DNA of 64,000 bases from Gemmatimonadales bacterium. Its GTDB lineage: Bacteria; Gemmatimonadota; Gemmatimonadetes; Gemmatimonadales; GWC2-71-9. Below the pieces are notes generated by a model. The model searched no databases and was not told the origin of the DNA. It worked only from the letters and a program-made list of their open reading frames with translations. Positions within the stretch are counted from its first letter, which is position 1. Each line of letters begins with the position of its first letter. Below, piece after piece: positions 10,068 to 19,616 of the stretch. The stretch spans positions 64,001-128,000 of the forward strand of contig JBFJCP010000005.1 in the NCBI GenBank assembly GCA_041615815.1, read 5' to 3'. The position numbers and the translations under genes were made by a program.

Positions 10068-11123
10068 ATGGCCGTGATCGACCGCAGCACACCCGAGTTT
10101 CGCGATTACCTCGAGCTGTACGAGCGGGCCCCGTTGCTGGAACTGGGGACGCTAGCCGACCAGCGGCGACGTGAGCTCCATCCCGAGCGCGTCGTCACGT
10201 ATATCGTGGATCGAAACATCAACTACACCAACGTCTGCGTGGCAGACTGCAAGTTCTGCGCGTTTTACCGTCGCCCCAAGCACGACGAGGGGTACGTGCT
10301 GTCGTTCGAGGAGATCGGTGCCAAAATCGACGAAGCCAAGACGCTGGGGGCCGTACAGATCCTGATTCAAGGCGGACACAATCCCTATATCCCCTTCGAG
10401 TGGTACCTAGAGCTGCTCCGGTACATCAAAACCCATCATCCCATCCACATCCACGGGTTTTCGCCCTCGGAAGTGGATTTCTTCTCTACGCGCTTCCGCG
10501 TCCCGGCCGACGAGGTGATCCGCGAGCTTCAGCATGCGGGCTTGGACTCGATCCCTGGCGGTGGGGGCGAGATCCTCGTGCAGGAGGTCCGCGATCGGGT
10601 GGCCGGAAAGAAGGCGGGCGCGGACCGGTGGCTCGAGATCATGGAGATCGCGCACCGGGCGGGGATGAAGACGTCCGTGACGATGATGTACGGCCTGGGT
10701 GAATCGCTAGCCGATCGTGTGGAGCACCTCATGCGGGTTCGTGACGTGCAGGCCCGGAGTGGCGGTTTCACGGCGTTCATTACCTGGCCGCTTCAGCCCG
10801 AGCACACCGAGATGGAAGGCACGCCCAAGACGGACGCCGTGACCCATCTCCGTACGGTCGCCATCTCGCGGCTGATTCTCGACAACGTTCCAAACCTCCA
10901 GGCGTCTTGGGTGACGATGGGTCTCAAAGTGGGACAAATCGCCCTCCGGTTCGGCTGTAACGACTTCGGCTCCTTGATGATCGAGGAGAATGTCGTTTCG
11001 GCTGCCGGGACCACACACTCGGCCACGCTGGAGGAGATCGTTCGTCACATTCGAGACGCTGGTTTCACTCCCGCCAGACGGCGGCAGGATTATTCCATTA
11101 TTGGAGAGTCCGTCGCCGCGTAG
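10068..11123 (+). CDS. mqnC: Cyclic dehypoxanthinyl futalosine synthase (radical SAM)
   Basis: DRNINYTNVCVADCKFCAF, QGGHNP, QASWVT, EENVVSAAG. Confidence 0.93.
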   Translation: MAVIDRSTPEFRDYLELYERAPLLELGTLADQRRRELHPERVVTYIVDRNINYTNVCVADCKFCAFYRRPKHDEGYVLSFEEIGAKIDEAKTLGAVQILIQGGHNPYIPFEWYLELLRYIKTHHPIHIHGFSPSEVDFFSTRFRVPADEVIRELQHAGLDSIPGGGGEILVQEVRDRVAGKKAGADRWLEIMEIAHRAGMKTSVTMMYGLGESLADRVEHLMRVRDVQARSGGFTAFITWPLQPEHTEMEGTPKTDAVTHLRTVAISRLILDNVPNLQASWVTMGLKVGQIALRFGCNDFGSLMIEENVVSAAGTTHSATLEEIVRHIRDAGFTPARRRQDYSIIGESVAA

Positions 11124-11171
11124 CGTTCTACGGGTCGAGAGACTAGCAGCGGAAAGGACAAGAGCGAGATC

Positions 11172-11597
11172 GTGAGCGCCAAGCCCATACTCATCGTCGT
11201 TGGGGCCGAGAGTGATCGCGATCGGGTCGCGTCGGCGTGCACGGTTCTCGACGAGGCTCGAGTAGCGTACGACTTCGTGGTTTCCTCCGCGCATCGCCAG
11301 CCCGAGCAAACGGCGGAGCTCGCGCGCGGGGCGAGCGCCAGTGGCTACAAGGTCATCATCGCGGCCGCGGGACTCGCGGCGGCTCTCCCCGGGGCCGTGG
11401 CGGCCCTCACCGACCTCCCCGTGATCGGCCTTCCCCTCGACGTCGGTCCCTTGCGGGGGGTCGACGCACTGTACGCCATCGCCCAGCTTCCGCCAGGATG
11501 TCCGGTGGCCACGGTCGGCATCGGTAATGCCAGGAACGCCGCGCTGTTGGCGCTGCGAATCCTCGGCCACGAGCCGGCGAGCCCCCGGTTTACCTGA
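11172..11597 (+). CDS. purE: PurE-family AIR carboxylase / N5-CAIR mutase
   Basis: SAHR, AAGLAAALPG, PVIG, PVATVGI. Confidence 0.88.
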   Translation: MSAKPILIVVGAESDRDRVASACTVLDEARVAYDFVVSSAHRQPEQTAELARGASASGYKVIIAAAGLAAALPGAVAALTDLPVIGLPLDVGPLRGVDALYAIAQLPPGCPVATVGIGNARNAALLALRILGHEPASPRFT

Positions 11598-11725
11598 GCG
11601 GACCGCCGTATTAGTTTGCGCTCGCGCCGGGGGCGATCCCCGCGGCGCCCTCGGGCCGGGGCCCCGGGTCCCGTGGACTCTCAACGCAACCAGAGCATCA
11701 TCATCGAGGTCTTCGCGCCCCAGCC

Positions 11726-12682
11726 ATGATTCGGGTCAGCGAACTTTCAAAGTACTTTGGCGGAACCCGTGCGCTCGGTCCGGTCTCGTTCGAGATCGCT
11801 CCTGGCGAGACCATCGGGTTCCTTGGACTCAACGGTGCCGGGAAGACGACCTTGCTCCGTATCCTCGCCTGCGACCTCAGACCGTCGGCCGGGTCCTTCG
11901 CGGTGGGGAACGTAGACGGGATTGCCGATCCGCACGCGGTGCGAAAACGGATTGGGTTCTTGCCGGAGTCACCGCCAGTTTACCCCGACATGACGGTGGG
12001 CGATTACCTCACGTTCGCTGGTCGGATCCGGGGCCTGCCACCGTCAGCGACGACGTCTCGAGTCCGCGAGGTCGAAGAAGTCACCCACACCATCGATGTG
12101 CACGACGAGTTGATCCGTCATCTGTCCCATGGATTCCGCCAACGCATCGGGGTGGCACAGGCGATCGTTCATCAACCCGAGTTCCTGATTCTCGACGAAC
12201 CGACCAACGGACTGGATCCGGCACAGGTCGTTGAAATGCGTGCCATGATTCAGGACCTCAAGGGCAAGCATACGATTCTGATTTCCAGTCATATCCTCCC
12301 CGAAATTCGCGAGACGTGCGACCGGCTCATCGTTCTCGGGGACGGGCGTCTGTTGGCATCGGGATCCGAGGACCAACTCACGTCCCGCCTCGAGTTGCGT
12401 CGCATCGTCGTGGCGGTTCGTGCGCCGGTAGGCGATGACGCGGTTGCCGGTGCCATCCGACGATGCATCGAGTCCGTGGCTGGGGTGACGCGCGTATTAG
12501 CCAGTGGCCGTGATGACGGTGCCTTGAGCTTCCATATCGACGCCACTGGCGACTGCCGAGCCGCCGTATGCCGGGCCTTGGTGGAAGGCGGCCACGACGT
12601 CCTGCGTCTCGATCGCGCCACCTCCGAGCTCGAAAGCGTGTTCCTCGAGCTGGTACATGGGGGAGAACATGCGAGCGGTTAG
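11726..12682 (+). CDS. ABC transporter ATP-binding protein (GldA-like)
   Basis: Walker A GLNGAGKT, LSHGFRQ signature, ILDEPT, SSH. Confidence 0.93.
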   Translation: MIRVSELSKYFGGTRALGPVSFEIAPGETIGFLGLNGAGKTTLLRILACDLRPSAGSFAVGNVDGIADPHAVRKRIGFLPESPPVYPDMTVGDYLTFAGRIRGLPPSATTSRVREVEEVTHTIDVHDELIRHLSHGFRQRIGVAQAIVHQPEFLILDEPTNGLDPAQVVEMRAMIQDLKGKHTILISSHILPEIRETCDRLIVLGDGRLLASGSEDQLTSRLELRRIVVAVRAPVGDDAVAGAIRRCIESVAGVTRVLASGRDDGALSFHIDATGDCRAAVCRALVEGGHDVLRLDRATSELESVFLELVHGGEHASG

Positions 12683-13400
12683 CATCATTTTTCGCCGCGA
12701 GCTCGGTGAATACCTGCATTCGCTCCTCGGCTATCTCGTTGCCGCGGTGGTGCTGTTGATCGATGGATTGTTGTTCTTTGCACAGGGCCTCGGCCCCGCT
12801 GCGGGTGAGCGTCTCTCCGGTGAGGTCTTGTCGCGGTTCTTTTACAACACGAGCGGGCTGGTGGCCATCGCGGCGGTCGCGCTTGCCATCCGGTTGATCG
12901 CGGAGGAGCGTCAAGCTGGCACGCTGGTGCTGCTCAGTTCCTCCCCGGTGCGCGAATGGGAGGTCGTGGCAGGCAAGTTCCTCTCGGCGTTCGCTTTCCT
13001 CGGTGGCATCACGATGGTGAGCTTGTACATGCCGCTGTTGGTGATGGTGAACGGCAAGATCTCACTCGGTCAGGTCTTCGTGGGGTATCTTGGCTTGCTC
13101 CTGATCGGCGCCGCGTGTCTGGCCATCGGCGTATTCGCCACGGCACTCACCAGGCACCAGCTCCTCGCGGCTGCCCTTGGCGCGGCGATCACGGGCACGA
13201 TGTTTCTCTTCTGGCCGCTTTCGATCGTCGTAGATCCCCCACTGTCGCGGGTGTTTGCCGCATTGTCCATGCACGCGCGCCACTTCCAGGGGTTCCAGGT
13301 CGGTACGCTCCACCTCCGCGATGTCGTGTACTACCTCGCCGTGACGTACTTCTTCCTGCTGCTGGCCACCAAAACCTTGGAAGCCAAGCGATGGGAATGA
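12669..13400 (+). CDS. ABC-2 type permease (GldF-like)
   Basis: About 6 hydrophobic segments, AEERQAGTL...GKF motif. Confidence 0.88.
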   Translation: MRAVSIIFRRELGEYLHSLLGYLVAAVVLLIDGLLFFAQGLGPAAGERLSGEVLSRFFYNTSGLVAIAAVALAIRLIAEERQAGTLVLLSSSPVREWEVVAGKFLSAFAFLGGITMVSLYMPLLVMVNGKISLGQVFVGYLGLLLIGAACLAIGVFATALTRHQLLAAALGAAITGTMFLFWPLSIVVDPPLSRVFAALSMHARHFQGFQVGTLHLRDVVYYLAVTYFFLLLATKTLEAKRWE

Positions 13401-15280
13401 AGGCTGCGGCACCCTGGTGGCTCACCTGGGCCTTGGCAGGCGGCGTCCTCGGCGTGTTCTTCGGCGAGCGCGTGCTGGGGGACGTCGCCGTCGGGCGCGC
13501 GGTCCTCACGGGTGGCGGCACATTGGTTCTCCTTGGGGCGACGGCGTGGCGAGCTTGGTCGTGGCGGCGGGCGACGGCCGAGGCCCGCTTTGTCGAGCTC
13601 ATGCTATTGGTGGCATCGGTGGGGGTGGTGATTGCGGTACTCGGGTTGCTGGCGGGATCGGAAGATGGTATGAGCTTGCTCGGTATCGAGGTGGCCGATC
13701 CCCAGAGCGATGCTCGCTTGCAAACCGTGGTGCAAATCCTTTCGGTGCTGCTGCTGACGATCTCCTTGCTCCCCGCACTGGCCGGGCAATGGGCGTTGAT
13801 GGCGCACCGACATGCCGGAAGCGACGCCGTCGCGGTGGAATCGCTGCGCATACGACAGACGGCGGTCAATGCGCTGACGGTTGCCTTGGCGGGCGGCTTT
13901 CTCTTGCTGGCGGGGTACGTGGCGTCGGAGCGGGATCAGACGATCGACTTGAGTTACTTCAAGACCTCGGCACCGGGGACAGCCACCCAGAATCTCGTGC
14001 GGAGCATGAGTGGCACGGTGCGGGTCCTTCTGTTCTTTCCTGACGTGAATCCCGTCAAAGACGAGGTGCTTGGCTACTTCCGGAGCTTGGCGAACGCCGT
14101 CCCCAACCTGGAGGTCGAGACGATCGATCGCATGATCGTGCCGCAGGTGGCTCGGGAGTACCGGGTGCGCGAGGACGGGGCCGTGATCCTCGAACGCGAG
14201 GGCCGGACAGAGCGGCTCATGCTGCCCACTGAGCTCAATGCCGCACGAAATCGTCTGCGTCGTTTCGATCGAGATGTGCAGGAGCGGCTTCACCGACTCG
14301 CACGGGGCATTCGCATGGCCTACTTCACGGTCGGTCATGGCGAACTGGGTGATCAAGTGCCCGGTGATACAACGGGAACCCAGGACCCGTTTCGGACTCC
14401 CAACGCGCTCAAGGGGCTGCTGCAACTGCTCAACTACAGCGTGCAGCCTCTGGGGCTCCGGGAGGGATTAGGGAATGAGATTCCCGAGGACGCGGCTGTG
14501 GTCTTCGTACTCGGACCGCGCCGGCCGTTCCTGACAGAGGAGCTGGATGCGGTGGACCGGTATATCGCCGGCGGTGGCTCGGTGCTGCTGGCGCTGGAGC
14601 CCGAGAGCGAGTTCCAGTTGGGTCCGCTGGCCGCCCGTCTCGGTCTGGAGTTTCGTGACGTCGTGCTGGCTGACGATCGACAGCATCTCAGGCGACGCGG
14701 CAACGTCTCGGATCGTCAATTGATCGTGACAGACCGCTTCTCCGCGCACGAAGCGGTGACGACTTTGAGCCGCAGCCAGGTCGGATCGGGCATCGTGTTC
14801 CTGGGTGCCGGCTACCTAGAGGCACGGGACCCCGCGTCCGTGCGTCGCAGCTTCGTCGTGCGATCGCTGGCGAGCACATTCGCGGACGCGAATCGCAATT
14901 TCCAGGCTGATGGCGGGGAGGCCCGGAACGCGTACAACCTCGTGGCGGCCGTCGAAGCCCTCCCCGACACCGGGGCCGTAGGTGACACCGAGCCGGCATC
15001 CATGCGTGCGCTCGTCTACTCCGACGCCGACATGTTCAGTGACGGGGTGTTACAGGCAGTGGCGCTCAACGCCGCGCTCGTTGCGGATGGCGTGCGGTGG
15101 CTCGGGCGCGAGGAAGAGACTGCTGGAGCGATCGAGTCCGAAGAGGACGTGGCGATTGTGCACACGCGCACGCAGGACGTGGTGTGGTTCTACAGTACCA
15201 TCGTGGGTGCCCCTGCGGCAGTGCTCGTGTTCGGCATGATCGCCGTATTCCGTCGGCGCCGTCGCGGGAGGCGGGTATGA
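13397..15280 (+). CDS. GldG-like ABC auxiliary protein with extra N-terminal TM helices
   Basis: YFTVGHGE, GPRRPF..E, YIAGGGSVLLALEP, C-terminal TM plus RRRRR; ATGA overlap with permease. Confidence 0.78.
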   Translation: MKAAAPWWLTWALAGGVLGVFFGERVLGDVAVGRAVLTGGGTLVLLGATAWRAWSWRRATAEARFVELMLLVASVGVVIAVLGLLAGSEDGMSLLGIEVADPQSDARLQTVVQILSVLLLTISLLPALAGQWALMAHRHAGSDAVAVESLRIRQTAVNALTVALAGGFLLLAGYVASERDQTIDLSYFKTSAPGTATQNLVRSMSGTVRVLLFFPDVNPVKDEVLGYFRSLANAVPNLEVETIDRMIVPQVAREYRVREDGAVILEREGRTERLMLPTELNAARNRLRRFDRDVQERLHRLARGIRMAYFTVGHGELGDQVPGDTTGTQDPFRTPNALKGLLQLLNYSVQPLGLREGLGNEIPEDAAVVFVLGPRRPFLTEELDAVDRYIAGGGSVLLALEPESEFQLGPLAARLGLEFRDVVLADDRQHLRRRGNVSDRQLIVTDRFSAHEAVTTLSRSQVGSGIVFLGAGYLEARDPASVRRSFVVRSLASTFADANRNFQADGGEARNAYNLVAAVEALPDTGAVGDTEPASMRALVYSDADMFSDGVLQAVALNAALVADGVRWLGREEETAGAIESEEDVAIVHTRTQDVVWFYSTIVGAPAAVLVFGMIAVFRRRRRGRRV

Positions 15281-16239
15281 GGGCGGCCGCCGTTCACGGC
15301 GTGCTACTGATCGCGGCCTTGGTCGCGGCCTATCTGACGTGGACCAGGGACGAGTCCGCGACAGCACGCAGCGAGGGTGATATTGTCGTATGGCGCCTCT
15401 CGCTCGGGACGATCGACTCGCTCGTGTACGCGCGAGCTGACAGCCGTCTTCTGCTGCGCTGGCGAGGTACGGGAGATTCGTCGTATCTCTGGGCGACGCT
15501 GCGGTCGGACTCGGACACGGCCGGACCCCAGGAGTTTCCCGTGGGCGACGCGGGTGACCGATTATTCGAGCAATTGGCGCCGTTGCGTGCCCTCAGGGAC
15601 CTCGGCGTCCTCGACAGCGCCCAAAAGGCGACCTATCAGCTGAACGCTCCAGAGCGTTCACTGACGGTGTTCACCAGGGAGGGGGAGCGCCGATTGGCAT
15701 TGGGTGGCGTCGTGTTCGGGGCGGGGCACCGCTACGCCCTCGATCCCAGCGCGGACCGGGCTTTGATCATTTCGAATGATGTCATTCGACCACTCGAGGC
15801 TGGACAACCCGCCTTGCGGCTCCGCCGGTTGCACAGCTTCGACCTCGGCGCAGTGGGTTCGGTCACGATCCGTACGGAGCGCGATGAGCGGACCATGGAA
15901 CGGCGCGGAGGTACGATTCCCGAGACGTCGACGTGGACAGCTGTGGGATCGTCGGAGCAGGCGGATCAGACGTTTGCGAATTTCATGCAACGGGCTGAGC
16001 GCCTCACCGTCTCGGACTTCTTCCCGCGACTCCGGTTGGACACTCTACAGTTCGTCATGCGAATCGAGTATTTCGATCGGGGGCGGGAACCGATCGGCTT
16101 CCTGGACCTGGCGCGCGCGCCCAGCGCGTCGGGCGAGACGTTCGACTTCTTCATTCTCACTGAACGCACGCGCATTCCCGGCAAGATCTTTCGCACGCTG
16201 GGCGAGAGCGTGATGCAAGATCTCAGCGAGATTTTCTGA
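15277..16239 (+). CDS. Membrane-anchored exported protein, DUF4340-like
   Basis: N-terminal anchor; fourth gene of the GldA/F/G-like module; ATGA overlap. Confidence 0.6.
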   Translation: MRAAAVHGVLLIAALVAAYLTWTRDESATARSEGDIVVWRLSLGTIDSLVYARADSRLLLRWRGTGDSSYLWATLRSDSDTAGPQEFPVGDAGDRLFEQLAPLRALRDLGVLDSAQKATYQLNAPERSLTVFTREGERRLALGGVVFGAGHRYALDPSADRALIISNDVIRPLEAGQPALRLRRLHSFDLGAVGSVTIRTERDERTMERRGGTIPETSTWTAVGSSEQADQTFANFMQRAERLTVSDFFPRLRLDTLQFVMRIEYFDRGREPIGFLDLARAPSASGETFDFFILTERTRIPGKIFRTLGESVMQDLSEIF

Positions 16240-16387
16240 GTGCGCCCCTCGCCGGAGACCGCTCCGCGAGTGGATCCACGTCGGTACGAGCCCCCATAAG
16301 ACACGGAGGAAGCAGTGTTAGCGGAGAAGACTCTCTGCGACCACTCCGTTCGCCTCCCGGCCCGATGGCCGTCGGCTCCGCCACCGG

Positions 16388-17863
16388 CTACCGTCCCGCC
16401 ATGACGCGCTCGATGGCCTCCACGGTTCGGGGAGCTCCTGCCGAGAGGTTTTCGTATCCGTCGTTCGTCACGACGATCACGTCCTCGATCATGATGGCGA
16501 TGTTCCGGTCCGGGATGTAGAGCTTGGGCTCGACGGTAAACACCATCCCGGGTTCGAGGGGCCTGCTGTAGTCTCGACTGTCGAGGGCATCCAGGCCGAT
16601 GTGATGGCCAAGATCGCGAACGCCGGTCCCCCGAGCCCCGCTGTAGTCAGTGAGTCCGCCGCCGTGAGCCAGCCAATACGTGGGTGACGGCATGATGCCC
16701 CACACTCGTTGCGGGCGCATCGTGCCAATGTCTTCGAAGCGCTCGAGCCCGTGCTGGCGGAAGACCCGTGCCGCCGCGCGAATGACGTCGGTCATCATGA
16801 TACCCGGCTGCACCACCGCCAGTGCCGAATCTTGAGCCTCCAGCACGATCTCATAGTAGCGCCGTTGCTCGGGTGAGAACCGGCCGGACACAGGGAACGT
16901 TCGGCAAATGTCCGACGCGTACATCTGATACTCGGCTGCACCGTAGTCCACGAATAGGAGATCGCCGTCCTGCATCACCCGATCGTCGAAGTCGTATGCC
17001 TCGGATCGGAGCGTGTAGAGCGAGATGGAGGCTGGTCCGGAGGACACGATGGGCCCAAACGATGCCCGGGGCGCACCCTCGCGTTTCCACACCCATTCCA
17101 TGTGTCCCGCGATGGCCAGATCCCGAAGCCCCGGGCGCGTGGCTCGCATCGCTTCGACAAGGCCAGTCACGCTGATCTCCGCCGCCCGGCGCAGCGCGGC
17201 GATTTCATACGGATCCTTCACCAGCCGCAAGCGATCGATGAGTGGAGTCACGTCCGCGACGCTGATATTGGGGAGACGCTCCAGGATGGCGCGTTCCAGT
17301 TGTTGGCGATAGGTGTGCGCGGCGGTGAGGCCCGACGGGACATAGAGGGTGCTCATATCTCTGGTGAAAAGCACGGTATCGGCGTCACCGACGAGTGCCG
17401 AGAGATGACGGAGCAACTCGTCGATAGGATACGACTCCGCAATCCCCGTGCGGCGTTGCACTTCGGGTCCTGGGCTGAGACGCTGCACCGGCCTGTTCCA
17501 CGCGGCGTGCCGAAAGCGATCGTCATCCTGCGGGTATTGGGCGCCAGCGAACTGATACGGCTCGGGCAGAAAAAGTGCCTCTCGGATGCCAGTCGGTCCT
17601 GGAGCAATCACCAGAACGGCGTACGGTGATTGGATGCCCGTGAGATACCAAAAGGACGGATCCTGGCGTGGTTCCCGGTCCCGAATGCGGTAAGCGCCCG
17701 GGACGATGATCGGTGCATTGCGGGCGAGGGCGGCGAGCCGCGCTCGCCGCTGGACAAAGACGTCGGGCGGAAAGAAGGGGTCGGCCTGCGCATCGGCGCG
17801 TTGGACGGCACCGTCCCCCAAGACCGCGAGCATGACCACGACGCCGATCGGTTTCCAGGTCAC
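16388..17863 (-). CDS. Exported M24B (aminopeptidase P-like) metallohydrolase with divergent active site
   Basis: GTG 17863 after GGAGG; signal-peptide-like N-term; FWYLTG, VKDPYEI, VDYG..ASDI.RT, GHHIGL, TVEP, IED. Confidence 0.85.
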   Translation of the reverse strand: MTWKPIGVVVMLAVLGDGAVQRADAQADPFFPPDVFVQRRARLAALARNAPIIVPGAYRIRDREPRQDPSFWYLTGIQSPYAVLVIAPGPTGIREALFLPEPYQFAGAQYPQDDDRFRHAAWNRPVQRLSPGPEVQRRTGIAESYPIDELLRHLSALVGDADTVLFTRDMSTLYVPSGLTAAHTYRQQLERAILERLPNISVADVTPLIDRLRLVKDPYEIAALRRAAEISVTGLVEAMRATRPGLRDLAIAGHMEWVWKREGAPRASFGPIVSSGPASISLYTLRSEAYDFDDRVMQDGDLLFVDYGAAEYQMYASDICRTFPVSGRFSPEQRRYYEIVLEAQDSALAVVQPGIMMTDVIRAAARVFRQHGLERFEDIGTMRPQRVWGIMPSPTYWLAHGGGLTDYSGARGTGVRDLGHHIGLDALDSRDYSRPLEPGMVFTVEPKLYIPDRNIAIMIEDVIVVTNDGYENLSAGAPRTVEAIERVMAGR

Positions 17864-17939
17864 GAGTGGGTTCCTCCGGATGAATGGATGCAACCGGGCG
17901 CACTTACGCCTCCGGTGGGCGTGAATATCTTTACGCGCC

Positions 17940-19091
17940 ATGCACACCGCCACCCGGACCCACGGCTTCACGGAGTCGGTCATTCGCGGGATGACACGCT
18001 TGGCCCGTGAACACGATGCGATCAATCTCGCCCAGGGATTTCCGAATTTTCCAGCGCCCGACGTGATGAAGGAAGCTGCGGCTCGGGCCATCCACGACGA
18101 CATCAATCAGTATGCGATCACCTGGGGCGCCAAACGACTGCGTGACGCCCTTGCCAAGAAGTACCGAGCGTGGTACGGCATGCCGGTGGATCCCGAGCGC
18201 GAGATCACCGTGACCTGTGGTGCGACGGAGGCGATGGCCACGACGTTACTCTCGATCGTCGACCCGGGTGACGAAGTGATCGTCCTCGAGCCGTTTTACG
18301 AGAATTACGGGCCCGACACCATCCTCTGCGATGCCAAGCCGGTGTTCGTGCCCATGCCCGTGGCCGCTCCCTTGGACCTCGACCGCTTGCGCGCGGCGTA
18401 TTCGGCACGCACCAGAGCGGTCATCGTCAACACCCCCAACAATCCGACGGGGCGCGTGTTGGCACGCGAGGAACTGGCTGGAATTGCCGCTTTGTGCCAG
18501 GAGTTCGATGCCTACGCCGTCACGGACGAGATCTACGAGCACATCTACTACGAGGGCGAACACGTCCCGATCGCTACGCTGCCGGGGATGCGGGAGCGCA
18601 CCATCACCATTAGCGGCGCGTCCAAGACGTTCAGTGTCACGGGGTGGCGCATCGGGACCATCATCGCTCCGGCGAAGGTCACGGATGCGATCCGGAAGGT
18701 GCACGATTTCTTGACGGTGGGAGCCCCCGCACCCCTCCAAGAGGCTGTCGCGACGGCGCTCGAGCAACTGGGATCGGAATACTACGACGGTCTCGCAGCC
18801 GACTACCGGGCGCGACGGGACATTCTGTACCAGGGGCTGAGGAATGCCGGCTTCCGGTGCGTAGCGCCGCAGGGTGCTTACTACATGATGGCCGACTTCT
18901 CGGATCTTCGAGAATTGCCGGATGATGCTTTTGCGGCGTGGCTGACTCGGGAGATCGGCGTGGCCCCGGTCCCGGGTTCGAGTTTCTACCATCGGGCGGC
19001 GCTCGGGCGATCTACCGTCCGGTTTGCATTCTGTAAGACGGCCGATCTGCTGGAGGAGGCCGTGCGACGCCTGCAAGCCGTCCGGACCTAA
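17940..19091 (+). CDS. PLP-dependent aminotransferase class I/II
   Basis: INLAQGFP, NTPNNPTG, DEIY, SKTFSVTGWRIG, VRFAFCK. Confidence 0.93.
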   Translation: MHTATRTHGFTESVIRGMTRLAREHDAINLAQGFPNFPAPDVMKEAAARAIHDDINQYAITWGAKRLRDALAKKYRAWYGMPVDPEREITVTCGATEAMATTLLSIVDPGDEVIVLEPFYENYGPDTILCDAKPVFVPMPVAAPLDLDRLRAAYSARTRAVIVNTPNNPTGRVLAREELAGIAALCQEFDAYAVTDEIYEHIYYEGEHVPIATLPGMRERTITISGASKTFSVTGWRIGTIIAPAKVTDAIRKVHDFLTVGAPAPLQEAVATALEQLGSEYYDGLAADYRARRDILYQGLRNAGFRCVAPQGAYYMMADFSDLRELPDDAFAAWLTREIGVAPVPGSSFYHRAALGRSTVRFAFCKTADLLEEAVRRLQAVRT

Positions 19092-19122
19092 CGGCCAGCT
19101 ACCGCCCACCCCTCTCACCGCC

Positions 19123-19128
19123 TATCAT
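19123..19128 (+). promoter_or_regulatory. Putative -10 box for leaderless ispF transcript
   Basis: TATCAT 6 nt before ATG 19135, no SD, no clear -35. Confidence 0.45.
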
Positions 19129-19134
19129 CCGACC

Positions 19135-19614
19135 ATGGCGGTGCGTATTGGCATGGGGTACGACAGCCACAGGTTCGGCGCGGATCGCGCCTTGGTCCTG
19201 GCGGGCGTGGAGATTCCCCACGAGAGGGGGCTGACGGGTCATTCCGACGGTGATGCGGTCGCACACGCCGTCACGGATGCGCTCCTGGGCGCCGCGGCCC
19301 TTGGCGATATCGGTCGGCTGTTTCCGGACACGGACCCGAGGTGGCGCAACGCCGACTCGATGGGCATGCTGGCCGACGTGATCGAACGCCTGGCCACCTC
19401 CGGCTTCCGCGTTGCAAACGTGGACGTCACGGTCGTGACGGAGGCCCCCCGGCTTGCGCCCCACATCGATCGCATGCGCTCGCGTTTGGCGGAGGTCCTC
19501 GGCCTGCCCGTCGGATGCGTCTCGGTGAAGGCGAAAACCAACGAGCAAATGGACGCGGTTGGCGCGGGACAGGGTCTGCTAGTGTTGGCCGTCGCGGCCG
19601 TGGAGGGTGAGTAG
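19135..19614 (+). CDS. ispF: 2-C-methyl-D-erythritol 2,4-cyclodiphosphate synthase
   Basis: GYDSH, GHSDGD, DIG.LFPDTD, KAKTNE. Confidence 0.96.
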   Translation: MAVRIGMGYDSHRFGADRALVLAGVEIPHERGLTGHSDGDAVAHAVTDALLGAAALGDIGRLFPDTDPRWRNADSMGMLADVIERLATSGFRVANVDVTVVTEAPRLAPHIDRMRSRLAEVLGLPVGCVSVKAKTNEQMDAVGAGQGLLVLAVAAVEGE

Positions 19615-19616
19615 CG

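Noticed and set aside
11172..11597. PurE-like gene as LarB partner of larC
   Set aside because: Keeps the PurE SAHR motif and lacks the LarB N-terminal domain and AGMEGAL motif
11598..11725. GC-rich hairpins before the ABC operon as a riboswitch
   Set aside because: No recognisable aptamer; such stems are expected at this GC content
16240..16387. Convergent intergenic gap as an ncRNA
   Set aside because: Weak stems only, no family resemblance
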